Shown here: positions 1 to 9,972 of the stretch, piece by piece
Layout: each line of letters begins with the position of its first letter
Position numbering within the stretch: the stretch's first letter is position 1
IMG/VR virus record: IMGVR_UViG_3300025160_000004
Coordinates: 1 to 45,149 of that record
DNA length: 45,149 bases
From: a virus
Lineage: Duplodnaviria > Caudoviricetes
Strand: one strand, 5' to 3'
Notes under the pieces: model-generated
The model's input: the letters and a program-made list of their open reading frames with translations, nothing else
Database searches by the model: none
What the model was told of the DNA's origin: nothing
Translations under genes and position numbers: made by a program

Positions 1-99
1 GGGAGTAGGGGCTTTGCCCAATCGGGAACGACAGTCGAGAATCCCAGCGCCCACGAATTGTCAGCGCGCATCGCCTTGACGAACTCGATGGCTTTCGGT
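1..99. repeat. 99-bp terminal direct repeat (identical to 45051-45149); circular contig overlap
   Basis: Exact match of the first and last 99 nt. An ORF reads in frame across the junction. Confidence 0.95.
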
Positions 100-521
100 T
101 GTGGCCCCAGCTCCATGTAGAGCAGCGGGGTCATCTTGCCGCGAACCATCCGCGTTACCCCTGTTGTTTGATCTACTTCCGCGTAGTCCACGTAGTCGCC
201 AGCAGCATCGCCGTAGAGGCGTTGCGCGGCCTTCATTCGTTCCTTGTGGTAATACTTGTGAGCAGCCGCCTGCTTCGACAACGCCAGCTCATAGTCAATC
301 GTGATGGTGCGAGCAAGGTCGTTGAACGTCATCCACGTTGGATCGGGACGAAGATACTTGGGAATCCTGAACTTCCAATCCAAAGGCGACGGCTCGCTTA
401 CGGGTGACGGGCGCGGGCGGGCCCTGTTGTCCAGAGTAACATCCCATTTGCGTCCGTGCTGATCGACGTACACGGCGCTTGAGCGAGTGTCGGCCTGTGG
501 TACCAAAGAGTCCAGTAGCAT
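1..521 (-). CDS. 5' part of a 244-aa hypothetical protein spanning the circular junction (continues 45050 to 44837)
   Basis: ATG at 521 with a GAGGG RBS. Open frame MLLDSLVPQADTRSS...KAIEFVKA joins the MRADNSW ORF at 44837-45121. Missed by the linear ORF track. Confidence 0.8.
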   Translation of the reverse strand, partial: MLLDSLVPQADTRSSAVYVDQHGRKWDVTLDNRARPRPSPVSEPSPLDWKFRIPKYLRPDPTWMTFNDLARTITIDYELALSKQAAAHKYYHKERMKAAQRLYGDAAGDYVDYAEVDQTTGVTRMVRGKMTPLLYMELGPQPKAIEFVKAMRADNSWALGFSTVVPDWAKPLL

Positions 522-537
522 CGTCCCTCTCGGTTAG

Positions 538-1347
538 TCAGTGAGTGTTGTTGATGTAGCTCTCTTGCAACTGCTCGAAGTCGGTCGTACTCTTGACACC
601 GGGCAGCACCGGCGCTCTGCTGATCGCATTGCGCAAATCCTGCCGGTATTCGTCGCAACGCTGGTCGATCTGGTTGAAGAGGAATTGCATCATCGCCCTG
701 TTGGCCGTGCGCGCTTCTTCCTTCTCTTCGTTGCTCAAATCCTGAAACGTGCGGCCAGTGTAGTCGCGCGATTGTTTCCAAGTGCGGTAACGGTCGTAGA
801 ACAGCAGCTGCGTGAAGACGCGGTTATCGTAATCGGCATAGGGCAAATCGCCCATCATCGGCACGTCTTCCCACTTCCCGGTTTTTGTCTTGAGCAACTT
901 CTTCTGTGAGTGCGTCAGTTCGCGGAGATGACCGCCCTTGTCGCCCTGAATTACCCAGTAGCGAGTGCCGTAGCATCCGGTTTTCTGGAATAGCTCCCAC
1001 GTCAGCCGATCGATGTCAGACACATACGGGCCGACGAACTTTTCCAGCGTTTCGTCGTAGTAAGCATCTGTGCGCGGGTTAGGACCGTACAACGCATTGA
1101 AGTGGTAGCGGGGCACTGAGCCCCACGGTCGCATCACCCACACAACCCAGCGCTGTATGGGCTGCCAAACGTCCCCGCTCTCAAATTCCAAATGCAGCCA
1201 ACTCAAGTCGTCCACATACTTGCGGCTCTTGAGTGCGTGGGCCGTCGCCATTTGGTTAGGCGGTGCAGTGTATTCGTGAGTAGGGGGCGCGATAAGGCGC
1301 AGGCTATCAACCCACGCCTTAGGCGGTTCCCATTGGAAGCGGTACAT
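538..1347 (-). CDS. hypothetical protein (269 aa) in the late operon
   Basis: Start MYRFQWEPP overlaps the upstream stop (TGATG at 1345-1349). Confidence 0.75.
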   Translation of the reverse strand: MYRFQWEPPKAWVDSLRLIAPPTHEYTAPPNQMATAHALKSRKYVDDLSWLHLEFESGDVWQPIQRWVVWVMRPWGSVPRYHFNALYGPNPRTDAYYDETLEKFVGPYVSDIDRLTWELFQKTGCYGTRYWVIQGDKGGHLRELTHSQKKLLKTKTGKWEDVPMMGDLPYADYDNRVFTQLLFYDRYRTWKQSRDYTGRTFQDLSNEEKEEARTANRAMMQFLFNQIDQRCDEYRQDLRNAISRAPVLPGVKSTTDFEQLQESYINNTH

Positions 1348-2129
1348 CAGACGATCGCCGTCCCCTCGGCGCGGTACAACTGGGACGCTATCAGGTCGGC
1401 AGCTTCCACATCCGTTGCAACTGGTTTCGTTGCCGTGAGTGTTGCGGGTGCGGAACTGGTGACGGCGGCAGGCAACGCGAGTACCGTTGCGTCCGTGAAG
1501 TTCGCATCGGCACAATCGGATGTCGGTGTCAGGTCATCCGTATTCGCAATCCAGGCGACATCATCGTTCGCGTTAACCGTGATATAGCCCAGCGCTACGT
1601 TGCCCGCATCGACTGCTGGTAGTGCCGCAATTGCAGCCGCTTCCGAGACGTAAACCTGATCTGCCGCTGGGCTCTTTGTGCTGATTGTGCCAGCCGCGTC
1701 TATCTGCACGAGCCAAATACCCCAAAAGCTCCCAACAGCAGCGCCAGTATTGATTGTGTCCGCGGCGCTAAAACTCAGGCTGTCCGTAGCGGCCTTCGAG
1801 TACTGCGCGTTCGCAATGCGAAAGTACGCCGTGGTCGTCGTCTTGAAATCTTCGGGCGTTGCTGATATCAGGAGAGTGCCCTGCACCAGCACCCCGTTAT
1901 TCAGCAGGGTACGGAGCGCGTTGGCCAGCGTTTTGAGGTCGTCCACAACCGTCTTGAACGTTGCGTGATCGTCGTGCAGTTCTTCCAACAGGGTAGTACC
2001 AGACGCGCCGGTCGTCCTGATCGTCTCCAGATCCGTGACGATGTTGTTGATCTGCTTGACGACGTGCTCCGCTTCGCTGTCCTGAAACGGCTTGCTATTC
2101 CGCGTACTGGTTACAGGAGTGCCGGCCAT
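1347..2129 (-). CDS. putative virion structural protein (head fibre/decoration-like)
   Basis: A/T/D-rich with an N-terminal coiled coil; second gene after the capsid gene. Confidence 0.55.
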   Translation of the reverse strand: MAGTPVTSTRNSKPFQDSEAEHVVKQINNIVTDLETIRTTGASGTTLLEELHDDHATFKTVVDDLKTLANALRTLLNNGVLVQGTLLISATPEDFKTTTTAYFRIANAQYSKAATDSLSFSAADTINTGAAVGSFWGIWLVQIDAAGTISTKSPAADQVYVSEAAAIAALPAVDAGNVALGYITVNANDDVAWIANTDDLTPTSDCADANFTDATVLALPAAVTSSAPATLTATKPVATDVEAADLIASQLYRAEGTAIV

Positions 2130-2130
2130 C

Positions 2131-2619
2131 TTAGCCTACGACCGTAAATGCCGGATCGCTTTCGTCCAACGGTCGCACCCACACGAGATAAGCGCCACCG
2201 ATTTGCGCCGTTCCCACAGAGTCGTCAGATGCGATCGTGTGAGCTTCCAACGTATCTTCGGCTGCCAGCGCGACGTTGGTAGCTGCGAGAGTGCGGGTCG
2301 CACCTTCTCGTGCTGTAAGAGCTTCGGGGTTGCCAGTATCGGTGATGACAATCTCGGCGTTCGCTGATGCATCGTATGCCACTAATGCATCGCCAAGCGT
2401 GCCGCCCGCAGGCAGTGTTGCCGCGGAAGCGTAGACAGCGACGATCTTGCCCGGGAATCCAAGCGGCCCCGCGCTCGTCTTTACTGTGGAGTTCTGCGTA
2501 AACGCGCCCCACGGAACGCGGATCATCTTGCATCCCGCAAGGTCCGTTAGTGCATTCGCGTCGACCTTCGTATGCCGCGCCAGCCCGCGCCGTGAAAACT
2601 TGTCGTAATTCTGTGCCAT
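2131..2619 (-). CDS. putative capsid decoration/cement protein
   Basis: 162-aa A/G/T-rich beta-type protein directly downstream of the major capsid gene. Confidence 0.5.
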   Translation of the reverse strand: MAQNYDKFSRRGLARHTKVDANALTDLAGCKMIRVPWGAFTQNSTVKTSAGPLGFPGKIVAVYASAATLPAGGTLGDALVAYDASANAEIVITDTGNPEALTAREGATRTLAATNVALAAEDTLEAHTIASDDSVGTAQIGGAYLVWVRPLDESDPAFTVVG

Positions 2620-2643
2620 TGTTTGTTACCTGACTTGAGTGGG

Positions 2644-2671
2644 GCGCCGGGAGCGTGATTACTCCCGGCGC
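2644..2671 (-). promoter_or_regulatory. GC-rich hairpin after the capsid gene (no U-tract)
   Basis: GCGCCGGGAG-TAATCACG-CTCCCGGCGC, perfect 10-bp stem. Confidence 0.7.
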
Positions 2672-2688
2672 GGGTCCTCATTGCACTA

Positions 2689-3948
2689 CTACACGCCGTG
2701 TCTGTCCAGTCCTGTGAAGTACGCGAAGTGCTTCCGCGCCCTGCATACCAATGCTGCGGGCATCGGCATGTTGAAAATCATGCGGGAGTAGTTTTCGCTC
2801 TCCATTCCATCGCCCCACGAGAACTTCCCATCAGGCTTGGGCAACAGAGTCCAGCGCTTGAGCGCGCCTTTCTGCCAACCAGTAAGAGCGCCTGGCTCGC
2901 AACGCTTGTTGCTGATGATCTTCCGTGTTCCCGACTTGATGCTGCCGTCCGTCTCCATGTTGACCGGAGAGTTGTGACGCATCTGTGAACGCTCGGAATC
3001 CATCCAGTCACGCCGTACCGCCTGATCCACGGTCATATGTGTGATCTTGCCGCCGAACTTCCCAACTTCGTCGGATGCGTACTGCAACCGGACGCCGTCG
3101 ATACGGCCACCTGTAGCGTCAGCAAAAGCAGGGGTCCACGCTGGCACAGAAGAACCAGACAACCCATGCACCGACGTTGCGCGCGTGATTGCGGCCAGTC
3201 CCTCGAACGACTTGTTATAGTCCGTGTCGGCCGCGGTCAGAACTTCGAGCGCGTTGGCCTTCACAATCTTAATCCCGTTCGTGGTTTCCGACGCTGATCC
3301 CTGCCACGTTACCGAAATGCTGGGCGTTGCGACTGTGATCGCGGTAATAACACCGACTGCATCCGTGATGAGCGTGTCGGTCAGGATAGCGGCCACGTAA
3401 TCGCCCACGCGGTACTTGTCGCACAGGTACGCGCCATCATCGATGGTGGAGATGCCGTAACCATCGTAGAGCGTGAGAACGTCGGTTCCGCCTGATAAAT
3501 CAGAATCCGTCAGGGCCAGTACGCCCGTGGAAGTGCCGTGAAAGCGGTCACCGAAGTCGTTGCCCAGAGCGGTCAACGCTGTCATGCCGTGGTGCTTCAA
3601 CTCGCGTCTGATCTGCGCTTCCGATTTGTCGGCCCACATGGTGAGCATCGGTGTCGCGAATGACTTGCGCAGCTCGTTCATGGTGATCGTCAATCGCTCG
3701 ACGTTCACTGAGCTGGGGCGCGGCTTCGCTCCACCTGGGGTTGTCGAGCTTACGCCGAATCCCTCGTGGACATTGAGCGGAATCTGCGTGCTGTACGCTG
3801 AGAGCGGCGTACCTTCGTCTTCTGTGAACTCTTCGATACTGTCAAACTCCTCGCACTCGGCGGGGAGTTGGTCTGCTACGTCGGCCTCGATCGTCCGCCA
3901 GATTTTGTTGCTCTGGGCGAAGGTCGTGGTCCATGAAGCGATTGCCAT
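2689..3948 (-). CDS. major capsid protein (HK97-fold, inferred)
   Basis: 419 aa; follows portal and scaffold; followed by a hairpin; capsid-like composition and C-terminus. Confidence 0.75.
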   Translation of the reverse strand: MAIASWTTTFAQSNKIWRTIEADVADQLPAECEEFDSIEEFTEDEGTPLSAYSTQIPLNVHEGFGVSSTTPGGAKPRPSSVNVERLTITMNELRKSFATPMLTMWADKSEAQIRRELKHHGMTALTALGNDFGDRFHGTSTGVLALTDSDLSGGTDVLTLYDGYGISTIDDGAYLCDKYRVGDYVAAILTDTLITDAVGVITAITVATPSISVTWQGSASETTNGIKIVKANALEVLTAADTDYNKSFEGLAAITRATSVHGLSGSSVPAWTPAFADATGGRIDGVRLQYASDEVGKFGGKITHMTVDQAVRRDWMDSERSQMRHNSPVNMETDGSIKSGTRKIISNKRCEPGALTGWQKGALKRWTLLPKPDGKFSWGDGMESENYSRMIFNMPMPAALVCRARKHFAYFTGLDRHGV

Positions 3949-3993
3949 CTCAACACTGTCATGCGAGTCTCAACCCGCACCTTGAAAATGAGT

Positions 3994-5052
3994 TTATTCC
4001 CTCATCCACCTATCGCGCTCTTCTGGGGTGCGATGTGGACCTCGTTTCGTTTCAGTTACTACTGGCGTCCCCCTCGTGCCTGCGAGCGGGGCACCGTTTG
4101 CCGGAGGCTTGGCGTTCTGTCGTGCGTTGTGCTCGGCTACCTTCACTGCTGCGGCCCGCTCCTTCTTGTGAGTGTCACGGAGTGCAGCCCTGTCCTCCGC
4201 CAGCCCTGATAACACCCGGTCATCGTACAGCAATCCATGCTCTGGATGCTGAATGAACAACCGGCTGCCCAACTGGGTTGCTTGTGCCTCGAGCCATTTC
4301 CAATCTGCTGGTAACAGGTTGGCCGCCCACGGCTGCATCCTGAACTTCTCGACACTCTGAGAAATGCCATCAGCGACGTATTCCTGTTCCCGTTCCTGTT
4401 CCTCTTCTGGCGAAACCTCTGGTGGCCTGCTTGCGCGCTCCGCTTGTTCTTTCCAGTAATCGCGCTCAACTTGGGTGCGAAGGCCGGGCAGTTTTTGCAT
4501 GTAGGCCTGAAACTCTTCCCATGCTTGCTCGGGATTCGCAATAGCGTTGTCGATGGCTGTGTTGTATGCCGCCGCCAACTTTCTGTTGACCGCTGTCTCG
4601 GCTGCAACTTGTTCGCGAGCTTCCTTCAACTGACGCGGGAACTCTTGACGGGCACTCCCGTATTCGGTTGCCGCACTCAGTTGCTGCTGTACCCACGGCA
4701 CACGCTCCGGCTTCACCACTAGCGAGCCATCGGGCATCAGCGTAGCGCCCTCTACAGGGTGCTCGCGCGGACCGTGACGGAACGCAAACGGATTACCTAC
4801 AGGTGCAACGGGGGTTGGGGACGGTGGGGCCAGCGCTACGGGAACTTCTCCCGGCGTGGTCGTCGTCGGCTCTACGGTTTCAGTCTTTGCCGCAAACCGA
4901 CCGCTTTCGTCCCGTGGCCGCTCAGTAGTGGGAAGGGAGTCGGCACCTTCGTTACTGGCATCTGCCTCGGTTGACTGAGCTGTAAGGTCGCCCGTTGTAT
5001 CGGGGGCGGTGGCTTCCTCAGTTCCGACTTCTTCGGTCAATACTTCTGCCAT
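3994..5052 (-). CDS. capsid scaffolding protein
   Basis: Acidic disordered N-terminus with RDESGRFA motif, helical body, located between portal and capsid. Confidence 0.7.
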   Translation of the reverse strand: MAEVLTEEVGTEEATAPDTTGDLTAQSTEADASNEGADSLPTTERPRDESGRFAAKTETVEPTTTTPGEVPVALAPPSPTPVAPVGNPFAFRHGPREHPVEGATLMPDGSLVVKPERVPWVQQQLSAATEYGSARQEFPRQLKEAREQVAAETAVNRKLAAAYNTAIDNAIANPEQAWEEFQAYMQKLPGLRTQVERDYWKEQAERASRPPEVSPEEEQEREQEYVADGISQSVEKFRMQPWAANLLPADWKWLEAQATQLGSRLFIQHPEHGLLYDDRVLSGLAEDRAALRDTHKKERAAAVKVAEHNARQNAKPPANGAPLAGTRGTPVVTETKRGPHRTPEERDRWMRE

Positions 5053-5077
5053 ACGTTATTGCACCTCGGTCGTGTTG

Positions 5078-7474
5078 TCAAGCGATCGCCATCGGTCGCT
5101 GTGCTGCCTTTTGCTCGTCGCGTTCCATGTTCTGCATGTGGCCGCGCTCGGAGTCGGCCACCTTCTCGGCCTTCTCGTTCTCGCCCTTCTTCTCTTCTTG
5201 CTGCATCGCCTGCTGCTGCTGTTGCGCCATTGCGGCCTGCTGTTCCGGTATCGTCACCACGCCAGCCGCCAGCTTCGCGCGCTGGTACTCCATGACAAAC
5301 CCATCCTGCCAAGGCCGCGGCATCTTCTCGTATTTCGTGGACGCCATGACGCGCGACAATTCGGCGTGCCGAACCTTGGCCGCTAACTGTTCGTCGTCCA
5401 CCGGGAGCGGTACGAATATTTGCGCGACGGCCTGAATCATCGGAGACGGCGGGAGTTCGGGCGGTGGTAGTGCTACACCCTGCTGCGCTGCCATCGCCGC
5501 TTGTTGGGCCATTTGCGCCTGTTGCTGCTGCATTTGCTGCTCTGCTGCCTTTTGCTCTGCCACCAATTCGGGCGACGGACCTTCGAGCCATTCCGCGATC
5601 TGGCGCTTCACACGCTGGCGGTTGGGGTCGTCCTGTATGCCGGTGATCGCGCTCACGTTCTGCGTCACTGTGCGCAAGTAGTCATCTTCCCCAATCAGGC
5701 CGGCCGCGCGCTGTTCGGCCGCAAACGCCGACTTCTGTTGCGGCGTCATCATCGTAAACGACCCCTTGGCAATCTTCACGTCTTTGGTCGAGCCCAGATC
5801 GGTCGCCATCCAATCCGTGAGCTTGTAGTTGCCGTCCTCGCCTAGATATTTCATCATCTGCGGACCACTGAAAAACGCACGCATGAGCTGCACGCGGGCG
5901 GTCCAAACGTCTTCGATAAACTCAGCGACGCTGGCGCGGAGCGATGCGTTCCGCTGCTGGCCCTGCGCTATCAACGTCTGAGCCTGCGCGCCTGACGTGA
6001 CACTGGAATCCGTCTCGCCGCGGCTCGGACCATCCTGTACGCCCTCCTTGTCCTCCTCTTCCCATAGCACTTGCAGCGTTTCGGGTATGCTGTTGGGCAG
6101 ACCCGGCACATCCTCGTACACGACCGGGCTACCTACGCCTGGGTTGTACTCAATCACGGAATCGTCGCGCACGCCAAGCTGGCCAGTCGCGATATTGCTA
6201 CCAATCGGCGCGAACACGTTGGGGTGTGCGGCCCGATAGTTCCAGTCCAGTTGAGCAACCAGCATCGATTGCGCGGCCTCGTCGATTGGACCCAAAAAGC
6301 TGACGATGCAATTCCCCATAGGATCGCCAGAGTTGGTGTCGATCAACTGGCGGCACTGGGACACCGGGAAGCGCAAGACTTCCTCTTTCATTTCGCCCGT
6401 TGCGTTCGACGGCGTTTGCGCAGTCCACGGCTTACGGTACGGGACGTGCTTGCCGCCAATGACGTAGAGGGCCGCGCCCTTGGGATAGCCATACGACTTT
6501 TTCCCGTAGACAATCAGCGGCCAGAGCACGGTGTCATCCTCGGGCCGTTTGCCTTTGACTTCGCTCCGGTCCTCCAGTTTCCGCTGGTACGGGTCTAGCC
6601 CTAATTCCCATTTGTCGGGTCGCCAGCCCGCAGCCGACTTCAGGTCTGCGTCTGAAATCGCGTCGATCTCCGGGCACTGCTCACGCAACGTGCCTAGCTG
6701 CATCGGCAGCGTGATTATCACGAGATCGGCCTGCTTCAATGACGACGAGAACTCGGGCACCAGACGAACGTGCGGCGGATGCAGGTGATGCACCACGATA
6801 CGCGAAAAGTGTTGCTCCTCCGCCTCGGCCGGATTCTGCGTGAACAGGTCTTGCTCTGGCTGGCTCTCGTCGAATGGTCGCTGATAGCCTTGCTCAATCT
6901 GCTCACCGGCTTCGCGCTGCATCGGCTTGGGACGTGAGCCGCCGCCTTGTGGATCCACGCACTGGTACACGAAATCCGATGACCATGTGCTGCTACGATC
7001 AACTGCGTACTGCATCATCGCCAAATCGTTCGCGGCTTGCGCTGAGCCCTCGACCTTCAGGACTCGCGTCGTTGTCTCAGCCGCCTGCAAATCTTCGTCC
7101 TGATCCGTTGCTGGCTCGCAGTCCGGTGCTGGTGGATCGGCTGCGAACATTGCCACGGTCGTCCTGACGATGCGATCAACTTTGTTTACCGGGGCACCGA
7201 GTGGTGTCGCACCTTTGGACAGATAGACCCTGACTTCTGAGCGGTCTTCGTCCTCGGTGTAGACAACATCGCGGTACCCCATGCGCCAGTAGCGATTTCT
7301 TTTCGCACGCCTGGCCCAGCGTTCGGCTGCATAATTCTGCTTATTCCACTCGCCCGTGATTTCCTTTGCGACTCTGACTTCGTCGGGCTCGTCGAGCCAG
7401 CGGCCCAGAGATTGTTTTTGGGTTTGCTCTTCAGCGTTCGCGGAGTCGGGCTGTTCGCGTAGTTCGTCGCTCAC
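5078..7474 (-). CDS. portal protein (P22-like, Q-rich C-terminal barrel)
   Basis: 798 aa downstream of TerL; SG.A..L..Q motif (VTSGAQAQTLIAQG); Q/A-rich tail. Confidence 0.8.
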   Translation of the reverse strand: MSDELREQPDSANAEEQTQKQSLGRWLDEPDEVRVAKEITGEWNKQNYAAERWARRAKRNRYWRMGYRDVVYTEDEDRSEVRVYLSKGATPLGAPVNKVDRIVRTTVAMFAADPPAPDCEPATDQDEDLQAAETTTRVLKVEGSAQAANDLAMMQYAVDRSSTWSSDFVYQCVDPQGGGSRPKPMQREAGEQIEQGYQRPFDESQPEQDLFTQNPAEAEEQHFSRIVVHHLHPPHVRLVPEFSSSLKQADLVIITLPMQLGTLREQCPEIDAISDADLKSAAGWRPDKWELGLDPYQRKLEDRSEVKGKRPEDDTVLWPLIVYGKKSYGYPKGAALYVIGGKHVPYRKPWTAQTPSNATGEMKEEVLRFPVSQCRQLIDTNSGDPMGNCIVSFLGPIDEAAQSMLVAQLDWNYRAAHPNVFAPIGSNIATGQLGVRDDSVIEYNPGVGSPVVYEDVPGLPNSIPETLQVLWEEEDKEGVQDGPSRGETDSSVTSGAQAQTLIAQGQQRNASLRASVAEFIEDVWTARVQLMRAFFSGPQMMKYLGEDGNYKLTDWMATDLGSTKDVKIAKGSFTMMTPQQKSAFAAEQRAAGLIGEDDYLRTVTQNVSAITGIQDDPNRQRVKRQIAEWLEGPSPELVAEQKAAEQQMQQQQAQMAQQAAMAAQQGVALPPPELPPSPMIQAVAQIFVPLPVDDEQLAAKVRHAELSRVMASTKYEKMPRPWQDGFVMEYQRAKLAAGVVTIPEQQAAMAQQQQQAMQQEEKKGENEKAEKVADSERGHMQNMERDEQKAAQRPMAIA

Positions 7475-7779
7475 GCTTCCTCACCTTTGTCTATCTCGTC
7501 CACGATCCAGCGCTCAGGCTTGCCGTCGGCCAGTGACTTGCGCGCAAAGTCGCGGTTACGTTTTGCGATGCGGCTATTGCCATAGGTGTTGCGCCTGATG
7601 GCGTCTTCTACTTCCGAGGGGAGTAAGCGAAGCGGCAACGGAGAACGCAACGTTTCCTCTGGGCTGGTTTCAACGCCGCCCGGCAACTTGCCTGCAATGC
7701 GCAGCAGTTGATCTATGCGCGCATCCTTCTCGGCGCATACAGCCTCGTGCATTTCGCGACTAACCCACGGCCATCTCAT
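7471..7779 (-). CDS. hypothetical protein (102 aa, MRWPWVSR...)
   Basis: ATGA/GTGA coupling on both sides. Confidence 0.65.
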   Translation of the reverse strand: MRWPWVSREMHEAVCAEKDARIDQLLRIAGKLPGGVETSPEETLRSPLPLRLLPSEVEDAIRRNTYGNSRIAKRNRDFARKSLADGKPERWIVDEIDKGEEA

Positions 7780-7958
7780 TCCGCCGCCTTCTTGCGCAGT
7801 CGCAGCCACAGCCGTTTGTACCACGGCAGTCGGAGCCAATACACCACGGCTTCCAGCGCCATCGTGCGCTTGTTCAGGTCGGACAGCGCAACCGAGTGCG
7901 CGTTGCCGCGGTTCACGATGTCGCGCTGTTTCGGTAATGCCTTCGTGTGAGCGCTCAT
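7776..7958 (-). CDS. hypothetical protein (60 aa)
   Basis: Coupled to the TerL stop and to the next start. Confidence 0.6.
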   Translation of the reverse strand: MSAHTKALPKQRDIVNRGNAHSVALSDLNKRTMALEAVVYWLRLPWYKRLWLRLRKKAAE

Positions 7959-9490
7959 CCTTCGCGCATCCCATTCGTGTTCGTAACACGCCCACGGTAC
8001 GGCGCTGGTGTTACTCTGGGTGCGCGGGTCGGAGCTTGCGGCCTGTCGGGCCTGATTACTTCCTTACGCGAGAAGTCCACCAACGGGCCGCGCGTTTCGG
8101 TATTCCGCTGAGGTGCGAGCTTTGGTGTTATCGGCCTTGCCATCATGCCGTAGCGCAAACATGCGAACGGATCGTCACCACCACGGCCATCAACTGCATC
8201 CAATCGTGCGGCCTGCTCCAACTTCTTCGGGTCCAGTCGCATCGCAGCGAGACACGCAAACACCTTGAGATTGTTAGGCGTGTCGAACATGCGGAGCTTG
8301 GGGACGCCCGGCGTCCTGTCCTTGCCCGTTTCTCGCCATGCGGTGTAGCGCCGCAGATTTGACAGGCCCTGTACTGGATCGATGTCAGCTCTGATAAACG
8401 TCAGCCCGCGCGAATTGAAATACTCGAACAGTGTCGGACCCTGTAAGCCGCGCGCCCGCGTCTGGTTGTGCCAGAGGTCCAACCCGGCGATCATCAGCTT
8501 GGGGCGGATGCGATGGCCGTTATCGCTATCACTGCCCAAGTACGCACGAATTGCAGCCGCGATTTCTTCCGGCTCTTGCTGACGATTGATTAGCGAGTCC
8601 ACCAGATACGCATTGCCATCCTCGTCCATTGCCAGATCGGCAAACACATACGGGTGGTCGTATCCCCAGTCGAATGCGGCCCAGCGGTACCAATGCGCCG
8701 GAACTAGGCGTTGCGGGATTATGTGAACGTCCTTGCTCATCTGCGGGAGTGCGAGTCCCACGCCGCCACGCAAGAGTTTCGCATATATCTCCTCGTCCAG
8801 TCGCGGGTCGTCTGAGTCGTATTCCGCGATCAGCGCCTCGATTTCGGAACGAAGCAGGCGAGCATTGTCAAACGCCGTGCCGTGGAACTCCTCCCACTCC
8901 TCGCCCCGTTTGCCGTCGCGTATCTCCTCACAAAGCTGGTTGAAATAGCTCGGCGTGCGCCTTGCCCCGTTCTCGTCTATGCCGCCATCTTCGCCTTGGT
9001 TGGTCGTGCTCATGTAGAGCGTCCAGCCCTGATTATCCATGAGCGCGGGCCGGATCACTGCACGGTGCGCATACTCCAAGTCGAGCTTTGCAGCCTCGTC
9101 GACAATCACGCCGCCAAGGCGCTTGCCGATTCCGCGTATGCCGTCGATCACTTCGGCGCTCCGAATCCACAGCGTACCGTGATCCTCGATGGTGACCGTG
9201 TGCTCCGTCTCGTTGAGTGTCACGCCTTCGACGCCCTTGCACCGCGGCTTGATGTCCTCAGTCCAGATCAATCGGGCTTGCGGATAATCGGGCGCAACCC
9301 ATGCGACATCGTAGCCGTCAATCATGCCGTGACCCTGCGGCTGTGCGCCGTGCCCCATCACGGCGCACCACCACGCGAGGCGCGTCTTACCGAACCTGCG
9401 ACCGGCTCGGACGACCTTGTGTCTGGCCGTGCTGTCGATTATTGGCTGCTGGTGCGAGAGCGGTTCCGCCATGCGGATTTCAGCGGTCAT
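7955..9490 (-). CDS. terL: terminase large subunit
   Basis: Walker A VVRAGRRFGKT, Walker B VIVDE, MSTT coupling motif, nuclease FDWGYDHP and DDxxxxxRY. Confidence 0.95.
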   Translation of the reverse strand: MTAEIRMAEPLSHQQPIIDSTARHKVVRAGRRFGKTRLAWWCAVMGHGAQPQGHGMIDGYDVAWVAPDYPQARLIWTEDIKPRCKGVEGVTLNETEHTVTIEDHGTLWIRSAEVIDGIRGIGKRLGGVIVDEAAKLDLEYAHRAVIRPALMDNQGWTLYMSTTNQGEDGGIDENGARRTPSYFNQLCEEIRDGKRGEEWEEFHGTAFDNARLLRSEIEALIAEYDSDDPRLDEEIYAKLLRGGVGLALPQMSKDVHIIPQRLVPAHWYRWAAFDWGYDHPYVFADLAMDEDGNAYLVDSLINRQQEPEEIAAAIRAYLGSDSDNGHRIRPKLMIAGLDLWHNQTRARGLQGPTLFEYFNSRGLTFIRADIDPVQGLSNLRRYTAWRETGKDRTPGVPKLRMFDTPNNLKVFACLAAMRLDPKKLEQAARLDAVDGRGGDDPFACLRYGMMARPITPKLAPQRNTETRGPLVDFSRKEVIRPDRPQAPTRAPRVTPAPYRGRVTNTNGMREG

Positions 9491-9789
9491 TCACGTACCA
9501 CGACGATTTTTAGCTGGCCCTTCACGTTCACATCGACCGACTGCGCGCTCGCGCCATATGCTCGCTCTGCGACGAACTGCACGGCGCTCATGTATTGCCG
9601 GTGGCTAGAATCCGTCGCGGTGCGGCGCAGCTCGACATCAAACTCCTCGGCGTCTGTGATAGAGGCCATGCGGTCACGAAACGTGTTGGGGGGACGACCA
9701 GTGCCTCCCTTGTTAGTACCACCGACACGCAGGCGACCACGACCGTGTGCAGGGGTGCGCATCGGGGTTTTTTGCGGGGTTTCGGCCAC
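9487..9789 (-). CDS. terS: terminase small subunit (putative)
   Basis: 100 aa with GGTGRPP motif, coupled to TerL; GGGAG RBS before the GTG start. Confidence 0.7.
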   Translation of the reverse strand: MAETPQKTPMRTPAHGRGRLRVGGTNKGGTGRPPNTFRDRMASITDAEEFDVELRRTATDSSHRQYMSAVQFVAERAYGASAQSVDVNVKGQLKIVVVRE

Positions 9790-9870
9790 AATTAGCTCCC
9801 TTTATGTGACAAAGCTCCCGTGGTCCGCGGCGTGATTGCCGGGTTCACGGGAGCTAAGTGGTGAAGCTCA
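9790..9870 (-). promoter_or_regulatory. structured late-operon leader with alternative pairings
   Basis: TTAGCTCCCGTG (9846-9857) is complementary to both CACGGGAGCT (9813-9822) and the terS SD region GGGAGCTAA (9792-9800). Confidence 0.65.
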
Positions 9871-9892
9871 TTAGACTTTTACTGCTGCGGTC

Positions 9893-9921
9893 AAGCTATG
9901 GCCGGTCGTGAAATTGCGCAA
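9893..9921 (-). promoter_or_regulatory. putative late promoter
   Basis: TTGCGC-17 nt-TAGCTT; same -10 as the early leftward promoter. Confidence 0.5.
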
Positions 9922-9943
9922 GTCGCCTACACTTAGCCCCCCC

Positions 9944-9972
9944 TTGACACCTGCGCACATATGCGCTACTTT
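9944..9972 (+). promoter_or_regulatory. sigma70-type promoter with a palindromic operator in the spacer
   Basis: TTGACA-17 nt-TACTTT; the spacer contains GCGCA-N4-TGCGC. Confidence 0.75.
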
